Part shown: positions 21,377 to 29,415 of the stretch, in pieces
How the letters are laid out: each line of letters opens with the position of its first letter
Position numbering within the stretch: the stretch's first letter is position 1
Assembly: GCA_963741095.1 (NCBI GenBank)
Contig: CAVUGN010000001.1
Coordinates: 88,996 to 120,995, forward strand
Direction of reading: 5' to 3'
Origin: an uncultured Candidatus Micrarchaeota archaeon
GTDB lineage: Archaea > Micrarchaeota > Micrarchaeia > Micrarchaeales > Micrarchaeaceae
DNA: 32,000 nt
Notes under the pieces: generated by a model
What the model saw: the letters and a program-made list of their open reading frames with translations, nothing else
What the model was told of the DNA's origin: nothing
The model's database searches: none
Translations under genes and position numbers: made by a program

Positions 21377-21934
21377 TCAGCTGAACTTGGCGGAGAATTG
21401 TATGATCCGCTGTATCGTGTTCGTGGTGCTTGGCAGGTTGGAGTAGGTGTAATTCAGCCAGAGGTAGCCGGTCATCGTGGTGCCCGGAGAGCCCTTGGCA
21501 TAGCCGTTGGCGCCGAAGCAGTTTGCCGAGAATGCGACCTGGCTGCTGGAGTACAGCGTGAGGGGCGTCTGCAGGTTGCTGTTGACAGGATAGAACTGCG
21601 GAGCCGCGGTGTATTTGACGAGATTGATGTTGCCGTACTGCGGCCAGTCGCCTATGGCGTTGACCGAAGCCGAACAGGCTGCGGCGTTTATTATTATGGT
21701 GCCGCCGGTCGCCTGCGAGAGCAGCACGGTGAACGAGCCGGTCCTGTTGAGCGCGAAGGCGACGCACGAGAACGACGGAGCGGCGTTGCAGTAGGTTGGC
21801 GCGAGGGCCTGGTTCGCGAACATGAAGTGGAATATCACGTAGGAGATTATCGCGAGCACTATGAACACAAGCCCGTACGCGGACATGAAATCCAGGGCCG
21901 CCTGGGCTTTCATGGGTTTTGTCTTCGCACTCAT
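21377..21934 (-). CDS. Archaeal type IV pilin-like protein (class III signal peptide)
   Basis: The N-terminus MSAKTKPMKA|QAALDFMSAYGLVFIVLAIISYVIF has a basic leader, a (K)(A/G)-Q processing motif with acidic +5, and a roughly 20-aa hydrophobic helix, followed by a Cys-containing beta-rich body. It starts 12 nt after the response-regulator stop. Confidence 0.75.
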   Translation of the reverse strand: MSAKTKPMKAQAALDFMSAYGLVFIVLAIISYVIFHFMFANQALAPTYCNAAPSFSCVAFALNRTGSFTVLLSQATGGTIIINAAACSASVNAIGDWPQYGNINLVKYTAAPQFYPVNSNLQTPLTLYSSSQVAFSANCFGANGYAKGSPGTTMTGYLWLNYTYSNLPSTTNTIQRIIQFSAKFS

Positions 21935-21946
21935 GGAATTCCTCGA

Positions 21947-23149
21947 TCACTCTTCTTCCGCTCCGGACTTGCCGATCTGGAGCTTGACTCCGCTGGGATC
22001 CCGCGTTATCTTCACGTCGAGCTCGTCGCTGCCGAAGAGCTTGCGCAGCTCGTCGTAGGTGTATGAGCCCAGGTCCCTTGCCACGTCGCCCTTGCTCTTG
22101 AGTATCTCCTTCCTGCGCTCGGCTATCTTCTCCTTGTCGACGCGCTCGAACGACAGTGACAGCCGCGGCACCTCGTTCGATTCGAAGAGGTTGTCTATGT
22201 TGAGGTCTATGAACTTGTAGCCCTCGTCCTGCAGTATGAACGGGAGCACCGCGTTGAATTCCTGCTTCACCTCCTCGACCGCCGCCTCGACGCGCTCCTT
22301 GGAGCCGGCGAGCACGAAGACGTCGCTGTTCAGGAAGCCCGCGAAGGCGCGCTCCTCCTTGTCCTTCGACAGTATGTCCTGCAGCAGCTGCGAGACTAGC
22401 CTGAGTATGACGACTCCGGATTTCCCGCCGAAGCGCTTCACGTAGTCGCCCAGGTGCTCTATCTTCAGCGTGCCTATGAAATATTCGGATCCCGCCTTTA
22501 TGGAGTGCTCCACCTCCTTGGATATGCGCTCCTCGTCAGGCAGGTCTATGAGCGGGTCGAACTTCTTGCCCTTCTTCTTCAGGAATATTGTGACAAGGCT
22601 CCTCAGCTCCTTGGGATCGAACGGCTTCTTTATGTAATAGTCTGCGCCGTACTTCAGGCCCTTGAACCTGTTGCTCGTCGGGTCCATTGCGCTTATAAGT
22701 ATGACCGTGGTGTTGCTCGTGTCAGGATCGCCCTTTATGGTCTGGCAGATGTCCAGGCCATCCTTGTTGGGCAGCATCAGGTCGAGTATGACCAGATTCG
22801 GCCTGTTGCTCCTTATGAATTTTATCGCCTCGCCGCCGTCGTACAGCTGGTTTATCTCGAACTCCTTCCCTATCGAGAGCGCCATGAGCTTGTTTATGTT
22901 CTTGTCGTCCTCTACGATCAGCACCTTCCTCAACGGGTTCTGCTGCAGCAGGTAGTACATCATCACGCCCCCGGCGCTCCTTGATGCGATCAGCTGCTTC
23001 TCTTCCAGCACCAGGAGGCTGTCCCTGAGCTTGCGCTCGGATATGCCCCGGTTGAACGCGACGTCGCCCAGCTCGTTGTAGGAGATCTGCTGCCGCTCGT
23101 TTATTATGCTCAGAATGTCGTCAATTTCGCTGCCGTTCTGTGAAGCCAT
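21947..23149 (-). CDS. Response regulator: N-terminal winged-HTH, receiver (REC) domain, C-terminal degenerate GGDEF-like (nucleotidyl-cyclase fold) domain
   Basis: The REC domain has LIVEDD, ILDLMLP (phospho-Asp), VILISA and KKPF. The C-terminal half is DPLIDLPDEERI...FIGTLKIEHLGDYVKRFGGKSGVVILRLVSQLL...AFAGFLNSDVFVLAGSKERVEAAVEEVKQEF. By eye it aligns position-for-position with the GGDEF layout D-x-LTGLxNR...LDIDxFKxxND..GHxxGDxxL...aRyGGDEFxxll...A..xAExir. The signature GG(D/E)EF is replaced by LNSDVF. Confidence 0.6.
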   Translation of the reverse strand: MASQNGSEIDDILSIINERQQISYNELGDVAFNRGISERKLRDSLLVLEEKQLIASRSAGGVMMYYLLQQNPLRKVLIVEDDKNINKLMALSIGKEFEINQLYDGGEAIKFIRSNRPNLVILDLMLPNKDGLDICQTIKGDPDTSNTTVILISAMDPTSNRFKGLKYGADYYIKKPFDPKELRSLVTIFLKKKGKKFDPLIDLPDEERISKEVEHSIKAGSEYFIGTLKIEHLGDYVKRFGGKSGVVILRLVSQLLQDILSKDKEERAFAGFLNSDVFVLAGSKERVEAAVEEVKQEFNAVLPFILQDEGYKFIDLNIDNLFESNEVPRLSLSFERVDKEKIAERRKEILKSKGDVARDLGSYTYDELRKLFGSDELDVKITRDPSGVKLQIGKSGAEEE

Positions 23150-23296
23150 CCAATCGCCTATAGGGTATCAACAAAAAGTAATATTAGGCTTTTGATGTTT
23201 CGGTTGTAGTCGGAAGGTCCTGCGCTCCGATTGAAGGCGCTCGCACGCATTAGCCAACGTATTTAAAGTCTTTTTGACCAATAACTACGTTTTTAC

Positions 23297-24295
23297 ATGG
23301 CGGAACCCAGCAGAGACCCGGCAAGATCCAGCAGGCGTGGACATGGCATGAACAAGACGGCCATCGGGGCGCTTGTGGTGGTCGTGATAGCGATCGTTTG
23401 GGCATATTTTGCATTGTCGAATGGCGCCGTGGGCATCAGCGCTGCCAGCGTGGAAACCCTTACCCCCGCACCGAGCTATTTCAGCATGGGTTCGGGCACA
23501 TACTCCTTTTCGGTCGCACAGACGGGAAACAGCATGGCCTACGTTTATGTCGACAAGCTTCCGGTGTTCATGAACCAGCCGATGGAGGTCATGGTCGAGG
23601 AGAACAACATGACAAGGATAAACGCCGACTCTGGCAGCTTTGCAAACATGGGGATAACGCTTCAATCCGTGAACGGCAACAGCGTGAAGGTGGAGATAAC
23701 ACCGTTGGAGGCGAGCCTTGGGCTTGCGCCGGACACGGCCAGGATAAGCACTGTGAACAACATGCTGCTCGCCAACGGCAGGAAGAACGTTACGACGAGC
23801 ATCACCACAACGGCCACCACGACCGTTGCGTCAACCACCACGGTCTCGCAGATCAACACCACGAGCGCGAACATAATGGCTGCGCTCAAGAAGAACAAGT
23901 CCTACGCAGTGATGCAGAACTACACCGTCCTGTACGCAAATTCGGCAAACTGCACGCAGAGCAAATACAACAGCGCGTACCTGAAATACTACGGTGTCAT
24001 GCCAACCGGGCCGGAGGACTACCTGAACGTCAGCACGTTCCCGCTGCCTTATGGCTTCTACACGAAAACGACGAACATTGGCAGGGGCAACTATTCGTTC
24101 GTTTACAAGTCCGAATCGACGGATTCCGATTACAACAACAGTCCTGCAGTGACCATACTGATAAACGTATCGGGCTCCAGCGCGTACAACGTGACTTTCG
24201 GGGGCATATTCGAAGGCCAGACTTATCTTGGAATACTCGATGGTTACAATAAAGCTGCGGGCATAGGCGGCCCATGCGCGGCAGTCGTGCCGTAA
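23297..24295 (+). CDS. N-terminally anchored extracellular glycoprotein candidate (332 aa)
   Basis: A basic N-tail precedes the TM helix AIGALVVVVIAIVWAYFAL. The body has a Thr-rich linker (TTSITTTATTTVASTTTV) and many sequons. A TATTTAAA box at 23260-67 favours ATG 23297; ATG 23348 is the alternative. Confidence 0.7.
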   Translation: MAEPSRDPARSSRRGHGMNKTAIGALVVVVIAIVWAYFALSNGAVGISAASVETLTPAPSYFSMGSGTYSFSVAQTGNSMAYVYVDKLPVFMNQPMEVMVEENNMTRINADSGSFANMGITLQSVNGNSVKVEITPLEASLGLAPDTARISTVNNMLLANGRKNVTTSITTTATTTVASTTTVSQINTTSANIMAALKKNKSYAVMQNYTVLYANSANCTQSKYNSAYLKYYGVMPTGPEDYLNVSTFPLPYGFYTKTTNIGRGNYSFVYKSESTDSDYNNSPAVTILINVSGSSAYNVTFGGIFEGQTYLGILDGYNKAAGIGGPCAAVVP

Positions 24296-24299
24296 CTGG

Positions 24300-26582
24300 T
24301 TATTGCGCGTCCTTGTGCACTGCCGGCTGCGCCGATGCCGGCTTCTTCTTCGGCTTCGGGTTTATCGGCAGCGTGAACCAGAACTTGCTGCCCTTTCCTG
24401 GCTCCGACACAAAGTCGATCTTGCCGCCGTGCAGCGTTATTATGTCCTTGGTTATTGACAGCCCCAGGCCGGTGCCCGCCTGCTCCTGCTTGACCAGCTC
24501 CTTCTTCGGGGCCTGGTAGAACTTCTTGAAGAGTTGCCTCTGGTCCTCGGGGTTTATGCCTATTCCAGTGTCGATGATGCTGCACTTCACGGACTTCTTG
24601 CTCTTTCTTTCTATCTCAACGGTTATGCCGCCGGTCTCGGTGAACTTCACCGCGTTTCCTATCAGGTTCACGAAGACCTGTATGAGCCGGTTTATGTCCG
24701 CGGTTATCTCGGGCACGTCGAACTTCGCGTTCCATGCGAAGGTCAGCCCCTTTGCCTCGGCGGATTCCTTGAGCGCCTTTATGCTCGGGTTGCCGCCCAG
24801 CTCCTTGAGGTCGACGCCCTCCTTCAGCTCGAGCTTCACCTTGTCGGAGTCGAGCTTCGCCGCCTCGAGCACCTGCTGTATTATCTGCGTGAGCCGCTTC
24901 ACTTCTTCTATTATTGTGAAGACGTAGTCCTTCTGCTCGGCGTTAAGCACACCGGGGCCGCCGTCGTACAGCAGTATGGAATAGCCGTTTATGTTAGTGA
25001 GCGGCGTCTTCAGCTCGTGGGTTATGTTGTAGATGAACTGGGACTTGAGGTCGCTTGTGGACTTGAGCCTGCTCACTTTGTTGAGCAGTTCCTTTATATC
25101 AGATTCCTGCTCGTTGATCCTCCTTCTCGTGGCCAATTCCTTCGTAACTATTATGTAGCTGGAATTCCCGTCTATGTCCTTGAAGGCGCGCATCGAGTGC
25201 GTCGCAGGCACCTTCGAGCCGTCCTTTGCGAACAGGTCTATGTAGGAGTTGTCCACCTTATTGCCCTTTCTCACGTAGGACATGTCGCGGTCGAGTATGG
25301 ACGGGTCGGCATAGAGGTTTCTTATGTCCTTGCCGGCGAGCTGGTCCCGCGCATAGCCCAGCACGGGCTCCACAGGCATGTTCGAACTTTTTATAAGTCC
25401 TGTTGCGTCAACCACCATGACTATGTCCGAGGTGTTGTCTATGAAATCGGTAAGAGTGGACTGCATGTTGGCCACGTACTGCTCGGCTCGCGCGTTCGCG
25501 AACAGCAGCACGTACCCGTTCGTCAGCTTCGACGCGACATAGCGTATCAGCACCGGGGCGGAATCGGCGCTCATCAGGTTCATCGAACCTGAGAGGCTTC
25601 GCGTTCCCTTGGACAGCTTCTCCTTTAGCTCGACCCTTTCGTTCAGGGGCACCATGTCGGTTATGAGCTTCCCGACGACCAGGTCGCTCTGGTATCCCAT
25701 GACCTTCTCTATGCTGTTGGTGACGTCGGTGACCGTCAGGTTGTCGTCGAGGTACATTATCCCGGCGTATGCAGACTCGCCCATCAGCGAGAGGATCTTC
25801 TTGAACTTCTCGAGCTCGGTCACGTTCTGCACCGAGACGTGCATCAGCCGCTCGTTGACCGGCCTTGAGGCCAGCGCGTAAACGCGCATGGCGTTGTTCA
25901 GGTTGAGCTCCACCCTCGCGCTGCCCGAAGCGAGCTGCTTGACGTCGAGGTTGAGTATCTTGCCGATCTCGCTGTTCTGCACATCGTAGCCGAACTCGTT
26001 GATGGCGCTCTTGTTCGCCTTGACTATTGAGCCTGTGTTCGACACAAGCAATTGCGGTGTAACGCTGCTGAAGGCGCCGTCGAAATAGCTCGCCAGCCTC
26101 GCGCTCTTGCTGCTCTCGTACTTGTACATCAGCGCGAAGCCCATGAACGAGGCTCCGAACGAGATGCTGCTCATCAGGTCCTCGGTGAACTTGTTCTCCG
26201 CGTTGGAGAGCAGCTCCATCACCGACACGACCCTGCCGCCAGTCATGACCGGCATGATGGCGCAGCTCTTGTAGCCCCTGTTCTTGTAGCCTATGAATTC
26301 GGGAAACGAAGAGAAATCGCTCAGCTGGTTGTCGATGTAACTTTTTCGGGTGTTGAGCACGTAGTCGAGCAGCGCGCTGCTCTTGTAGTCGCCGCTGTAG
26401 ATGTTGGTCATGCTGACCTTGTCCAGGCCGAAGTACTCCGAGATTATCTTGGTGAACTGCCTCGTCAGCTCTTCCTCGCTCACCGCGCTGTTGGTGATGG
26501 GTATGAGGTCGAGGAGCAGTTTGCTGACAACCATTTCGTGTACCATATCAACATACCCTTCCAGACGAGTGCAGCCATTCAA
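24300..26582 (-). CDS. Cytoplasmic sensor histidine kinase (GAF-like domain, about 3 PAS-like domains, HisKA, HATPase_c)
   Basis: The H-box is SQFIYNITHELKTPLTNINGYS (His codon at 25017-25019). The N box is NLIGNAVKFT, G1 is DTGIGI and G2 is GTGLGLSI. No TM segments. The roughly 500-aa N-terminal sensory region has PAS-like repeats. Confidence 0.88.
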   Translation of the reverse strand: MNGCTRLEGYVDMVHEMVVSKLLLDLIPITNSAVSEEELTRQFTKIISEYFGLDKVSMTNIYSGDYKSSALLDYVLNTRKSYIDNQLSDFSSFPEFIGYKNRGYKSCAIMPVMTGGRVVSVMELLSNAENKFTEDLMSSISFGASFMGFALMYKYESSKSARLASYFDGAFSSVTPQLLVSNTGSIVKANKSAINEFGYDVQNSEIGKILNLDVKQLASGSARVELNLNNAMRVYALASRPVNERLMHVSVQNVTELEKFKKILSLMGESAYAGIMYLDDNLTVTDVTNSIEKVMGYQSDLVVGKLITDMVPLNERVELKEKLSKGTRSLSGSMNLMSADSAPVLIRYVASKLTNGYVLLFANARAEQYVANMQSTLTDFIDNTSDIVMVVDATGLIKSSNMPVEPVLGYARDQLAGKDIRNLYADPSILDRDMSYVRKGNKVDNSYIDLFAKDGSKVPATHSMRAFKDIDGNSSYIIVTKELATRRRINEQESDIKELLNKVSRLKSTSDLKSQFIYNITHELKTPLTNINGYSILLYDGGPGVLNAEQKDYVFTIIEEVKRLTQIIQQVLEAAKLDSDKVKLELKEGVDLKELGGNPSIKALKESAEAKGLTFAWNAKFDVPEITADINRLIQVFVNLIGNAVKFTETGGITVEIERKSKKSVKCSIIDTGIGINPEDQRQLFKKFYQAPKKELVKQEQAGTGLGLSITKDIITLHGGKIDFVSEPGKGSKFWFTLPINPKPKKKPASAQPAVHKDAQ

Positions 26583-26667
26583 TCAGCTACACGAATGTAG
26601 AATTTTAGTAGTCATTTAGCAGAGAACTTATTTAAGACTATTTTGTGAGTTCCTATCGGGTGGCAGT

Positions 26668-27066
26668 ATGCGCGACATAAGAGGCTTGGTCGCGAGAGCC
26701 CTGAGGGACATGGAGCTCGCGAAGAGGTACAGACAGAGGAAGGAATACGCGGCGACCACATTGCTCTACAACAAGGCGATAGAGAGAGTGCTCAAGGCCC
26801 TGTTCATAAGCAAGAAGAGGAAGAACCCGCCACTGGGAGCGTCTGCGGTGTTCCTGGCGTCCAACATCAAGATGCCCGAAGAGATAATGAGCGGGCTGGC
26901 GGCGCTGCAGGAGGCCGACGACGAGGTCTTGTGGAGCGGAAATGAGGCGGCCATAATGACCTACGAGCGGATAGGCAAGAGCATGAAGGCGGAGCACAAG
27001 CTCATCCAGATGGACGAGCTCGCCACGAGGCTCATCGACTCCGCGATGGGGCGCGCCAAGGCATGA
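26668..27066 (+). CDS. HEPN-domain-like protein (132 aa)
   Basis: ARALRDMELAKRYRQRKEYAATTLLYNKAIERVLKALFI fits the HEPN helix pattern A..dL..A......Y..a....qA.Ek.lKAL. I did not see a clear R-x4-6-H motif or a partner nucleotidyltransferase. Confidence 0.45.
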   Translation: MRDIRGLVARALRDMELAKRYRQRKEYAATTLLYNKAIERVLKALFISKKRKNPPLGASAVFLASNIKMPEEIMSGLAALQEADDEVLWSGNEAAIMTYERIGKSMKAEHKLIQMDELATRLIDSAMGRAKA

Positions 27067-27131
27067 ATGCGGGATGGGAGGCCGCACGGATAGGATTTAT
27101 AGTCTTCACAGCCCCAATAGTGGTGGATCCA

Positions 27132-27791
27132 ATGGCATTGAGGCAGCTTTTTCCGGGCGTTTATCTCATAGACGGCAAGATCGCAACTCTTAACCTCGCA
27201 AGAGGCTACAAGGTCTACGGCGAGGATCTCGTCGTGGTCGACAGGGAGGAGTACAGGCTGTGGAACCCGTACAGGAGCAAGCTCGCCGCGGCGATGAAGG
27301 TCGGGATGAGGAACTTCAACATAAGATGGGGCGACCGCGTCCTGTATCTCGGCGCCGCCACGGGGACGACGGCCAGCCACGTGAGCGACATAGTCGGAAA
27401 GGACGGCAGGGTCTACGGCCTGGAGCTTTCGGAGCGGAACATGCGCGAATTCATAGGCGTCTGCGAGCACAGGAGCAACATGCTGCCGATACTCGCAGAT
27501 GCAAGGTACACGGACAGCTACAGCGGAACTGTCGATCTTTGCGATGTGATATACCAGGACGTTTCCGCAAGGGACCAGGCGCACATACTGTTGGAGAACA
27601 GCAGGTTCCTTAAGAAGGGCGGGCTTGCTTATTTCGTCATAAAGTCGCAGAGCGTCGACGTGTCGAAGAGGCCCGAAGAGGTTTATCGCAACGTGCTGGA
27701 CAGGCTGAAGGGCAGTTTCTCGATTCTTGAGCGCATGAGCCTTGAGCCCTACGACAGCCTGCACCTGTTCACGGTGCTCAGGAAGATTTAG
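27132..27791 (+). CDS. flpA: Fibrillarin (rRNA/tRNA 2'-O-methyltransferase FlpA)
   Basis: ...LFPGVYLIDGKIATLNL..G.KVYGE......YR.WNPYRSKLAAA...VLYLGAATGTTASHVSDIV...YGLE.S.R......R.N..PIL.DAR.... ATG 27132 gives a typical roughly 219-aa archaeal fibrillarin. The track start at 27063 adds a non-homologous leader. Confidence 0.92.
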   Translation: MALRQLFPGVYLIDGKIATLNLARGYKVYGEDLVVVDREEYRLWNPYRSKLAAAMKVGMRNFNIRWGDRVLYLGAATGTTASHVSDIVGKDGRVYGLELSERNMREFIGVCEHRSNMLPILADARYTDSYSGTVDLCDVIYQDVSARDQAHILLENSRFLKKGGLAYFVIKSQSVDVSKRPEEVYRNVLDRLKGSFSILERMSLEPYDSLHLFTVLRKI

Positions 27792-27807
27792 CTTTGGTGG
27801 TGGATCC

Positions 27808-28632
27808 ATGGATGCCGGAAAATGCATGAAGCTGCTAAGAGACATAGAGAAATCCGGAACGAAACTCATCTGCACCTACTGCGGAGTCGAGACGCTGTCG
27901 GTGGGCAGCACGGGCATATGCTCCAACTGCGAGAATTTCATAGACACGGACAGGAAGTCGCTCATGGGCACCGACCCGGAGCGGGTGGACGACCTCGATG
28001 CCATAAGGAAAGGAATCGCGAACAGGGATTTCGAATCCGTGATATCGGTCTATGAAAAGATGAGGAGCGTCGACGAAGAGCCGTCGCTGATGTACGCCGA
28101 GGCACTGGCGTGCATAGGCTACTCGAACTATGAGATATCACTCATAAGATACGACAGGAAGGGTTTCATGGAGGAGAACACGGCGCTCCGGAACAAGGGC
28201 TCCGAGATCGCTTCGAAAGCTAAACTGCTGATCACTAAGGCCATGCACCTCGCGACCGATGACATAGACAAGGGAAATGCATCCACGGGCACCATGTACA
28301 CCCTCTTCCTGTTGCAGATAAAGCTTGGAGCGATGAAGGGGGCGGAGTACATGCTGCACGAGCTGAACAGGGTCGGAGGCTACATCCCGGAGTACACCAA
28401 CATCGTCTTCAATGCGAACATGAGGAGGTATGAAGACATGATGAAGCACGTCGACATGATGGAGAGGGGCAACCAGCTCCCGCTGAATACGGTCTATTAT
28501 GTCGCATTGGCGCTGTTCAAAAGCGGGAATATTGCAGATTCTGGGGGGCTGCTGGTGGCGCTGCAGAAATTTATGTCCAGTCCCAATGTTGAATCGCTAC
28601 TTGCAGAGATCGTGGGCACGCAGCAGGTATGA
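27808..28632 (+). CDS. Hypothetical protein with N-terminal zinc ribbon (CxxC-x15-CxxC) and helical-repeat (TPR-like) body
   Basis: ATG 27808 is preceded by GGTGGTGGA. The Zn ribbon is CTYCGVETLSVGSTGICSNCENF, and the remainder is helical. The track start at 27742 overlaps fibrillarin. Confidence 0.6.
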   Translation: MDAGKCMKLLRDIEKSGTKLICTYCGVETLSVGSTGICSNCENFIDTDRKSLMGTDPERVDDLDAIRKGIANRDFESVISVYEKMRSVDEEPSLMYAEALACIGYSNYEISLIRYDRKGFMEENTALRNKGSEIASKAKLLITKAMHLATDDIDKGNASTGTMYTLFLLQIKLGAMKGAEYMLHELNRVGGYIPEYTNIVFNANMRRYEDMMKHVDMMERGNQLPLNTVYYVALALFKSGNIADSGGLLVALQKFMSSPNVESLLAEIVGTQQV

Positions 28633-28638
28633 AAGGGC

Positions 28639-29394
28639 TCATCGCATTGATCTGTAGGCTTTTAGCAGGGATCCGTTGTCTTCGTTCGCCCGCATCTTCG
28701 ACGCGACCTGCTCGTTGATCTGCTTTTTGCCGAACTTCTTCGAGCACAGAAGTATGTAATTCGCGAAGTGGATGTGGCTGATCCTGTAGACGTACTTGAA
28801 CGACTTGCGCAGCTTGCGCATATACAGTGGAAGATAGAACACGTCCGGAGCAAAATTTATGGCGAGTATGCCGTCATCCTTGAGTGCGCCGTGGGCTGCA
28901 CTGATGAAGGTCTTGTCGAGGAACTGCTCGGGTATGTGCACGCCGCGGTCGTAGGCGTCCTGTATTATTATGTCGTACTTGCCTTTGCTCTTCTTGACAA
29001 AATCCGCGCCATCCTGGATTATTATGTTGAAATCGATTTTGCCTGGCGGCAGGAATTTCCTTGTTAGATCGACGTAGTCGCAGTTCACCTCGACCACGTC
29101 TATGGACAGCTTGCCGGGGTATAGCTTCGACAGCTGGAATGGTATAGTTCCGGCACCGAGGCCGAGCATCAGTATCCTGGGCTTGGAGTACAGCGCCGGC
29201 AGCGGCAGGAAGTAATCGTGGTAGGAACCAAGGTAGAGGGACTTGCTGTCGAGCTCGGAGTATATGACGCCGTTGACCTTTAGGAAGCTTCGCTCTCCTT
29301 TCTTCGATATCGTGTATCTTGTCTTGCCCCGGTCAAGCCGGTAGATCTCCACCTCCGGGACAAAGAGGCCCTTGAGCGCGCTTATGATTCCCAC
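28639..29394 (-). CDS. Spermidine-synthase-like class I SAM-dependent (aminopropyl/methyl) transferase
   Basis: ILMLGLGAGTIP (glycine-rich SAM loop), IDVVEV and IIIQDAYD form the layout typical of the spermidine synthase / PABS family. The substrate is not inferable. Confidence 0.55.
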   Translation of the reverse strand: MGIISALKGLFVPEVEIYRLDRGKTRYTISKKGERSFLKVNGVIYSELDSKSLYLGSYHDYFLPLPALYSKPRILMLGLGAGTIPFQLSKLYPGKLSIDVVEVNCDYVDLTRKFLPPGKIDFNIIIQDGADFVKKSKGKYDIIIQDAYDRGVHIPEQFLDKTFISAAHGALKDDGILAINFAPDVFYLPLYMRKLRKSFKYVYRISHIHFANYILLCSKKFGKKQINEQVASKMRANEDNGSLLKAYRSMR

Positions 29395-29415
29395 AGGATC
29401 AAGGAGTTATCTGTT

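Noticed and set aside
23398-25592. ORFs 23398-24252 (+), 24244-24585 (-), 24526-24927 (+) and 24534-25592 (+).
   Set aside because: They are alternate-frame or antisense overlaps of the membrane glycoprotein and histidine-kinase genes. Their translations are H/R/Q/V-rich with no motifs.
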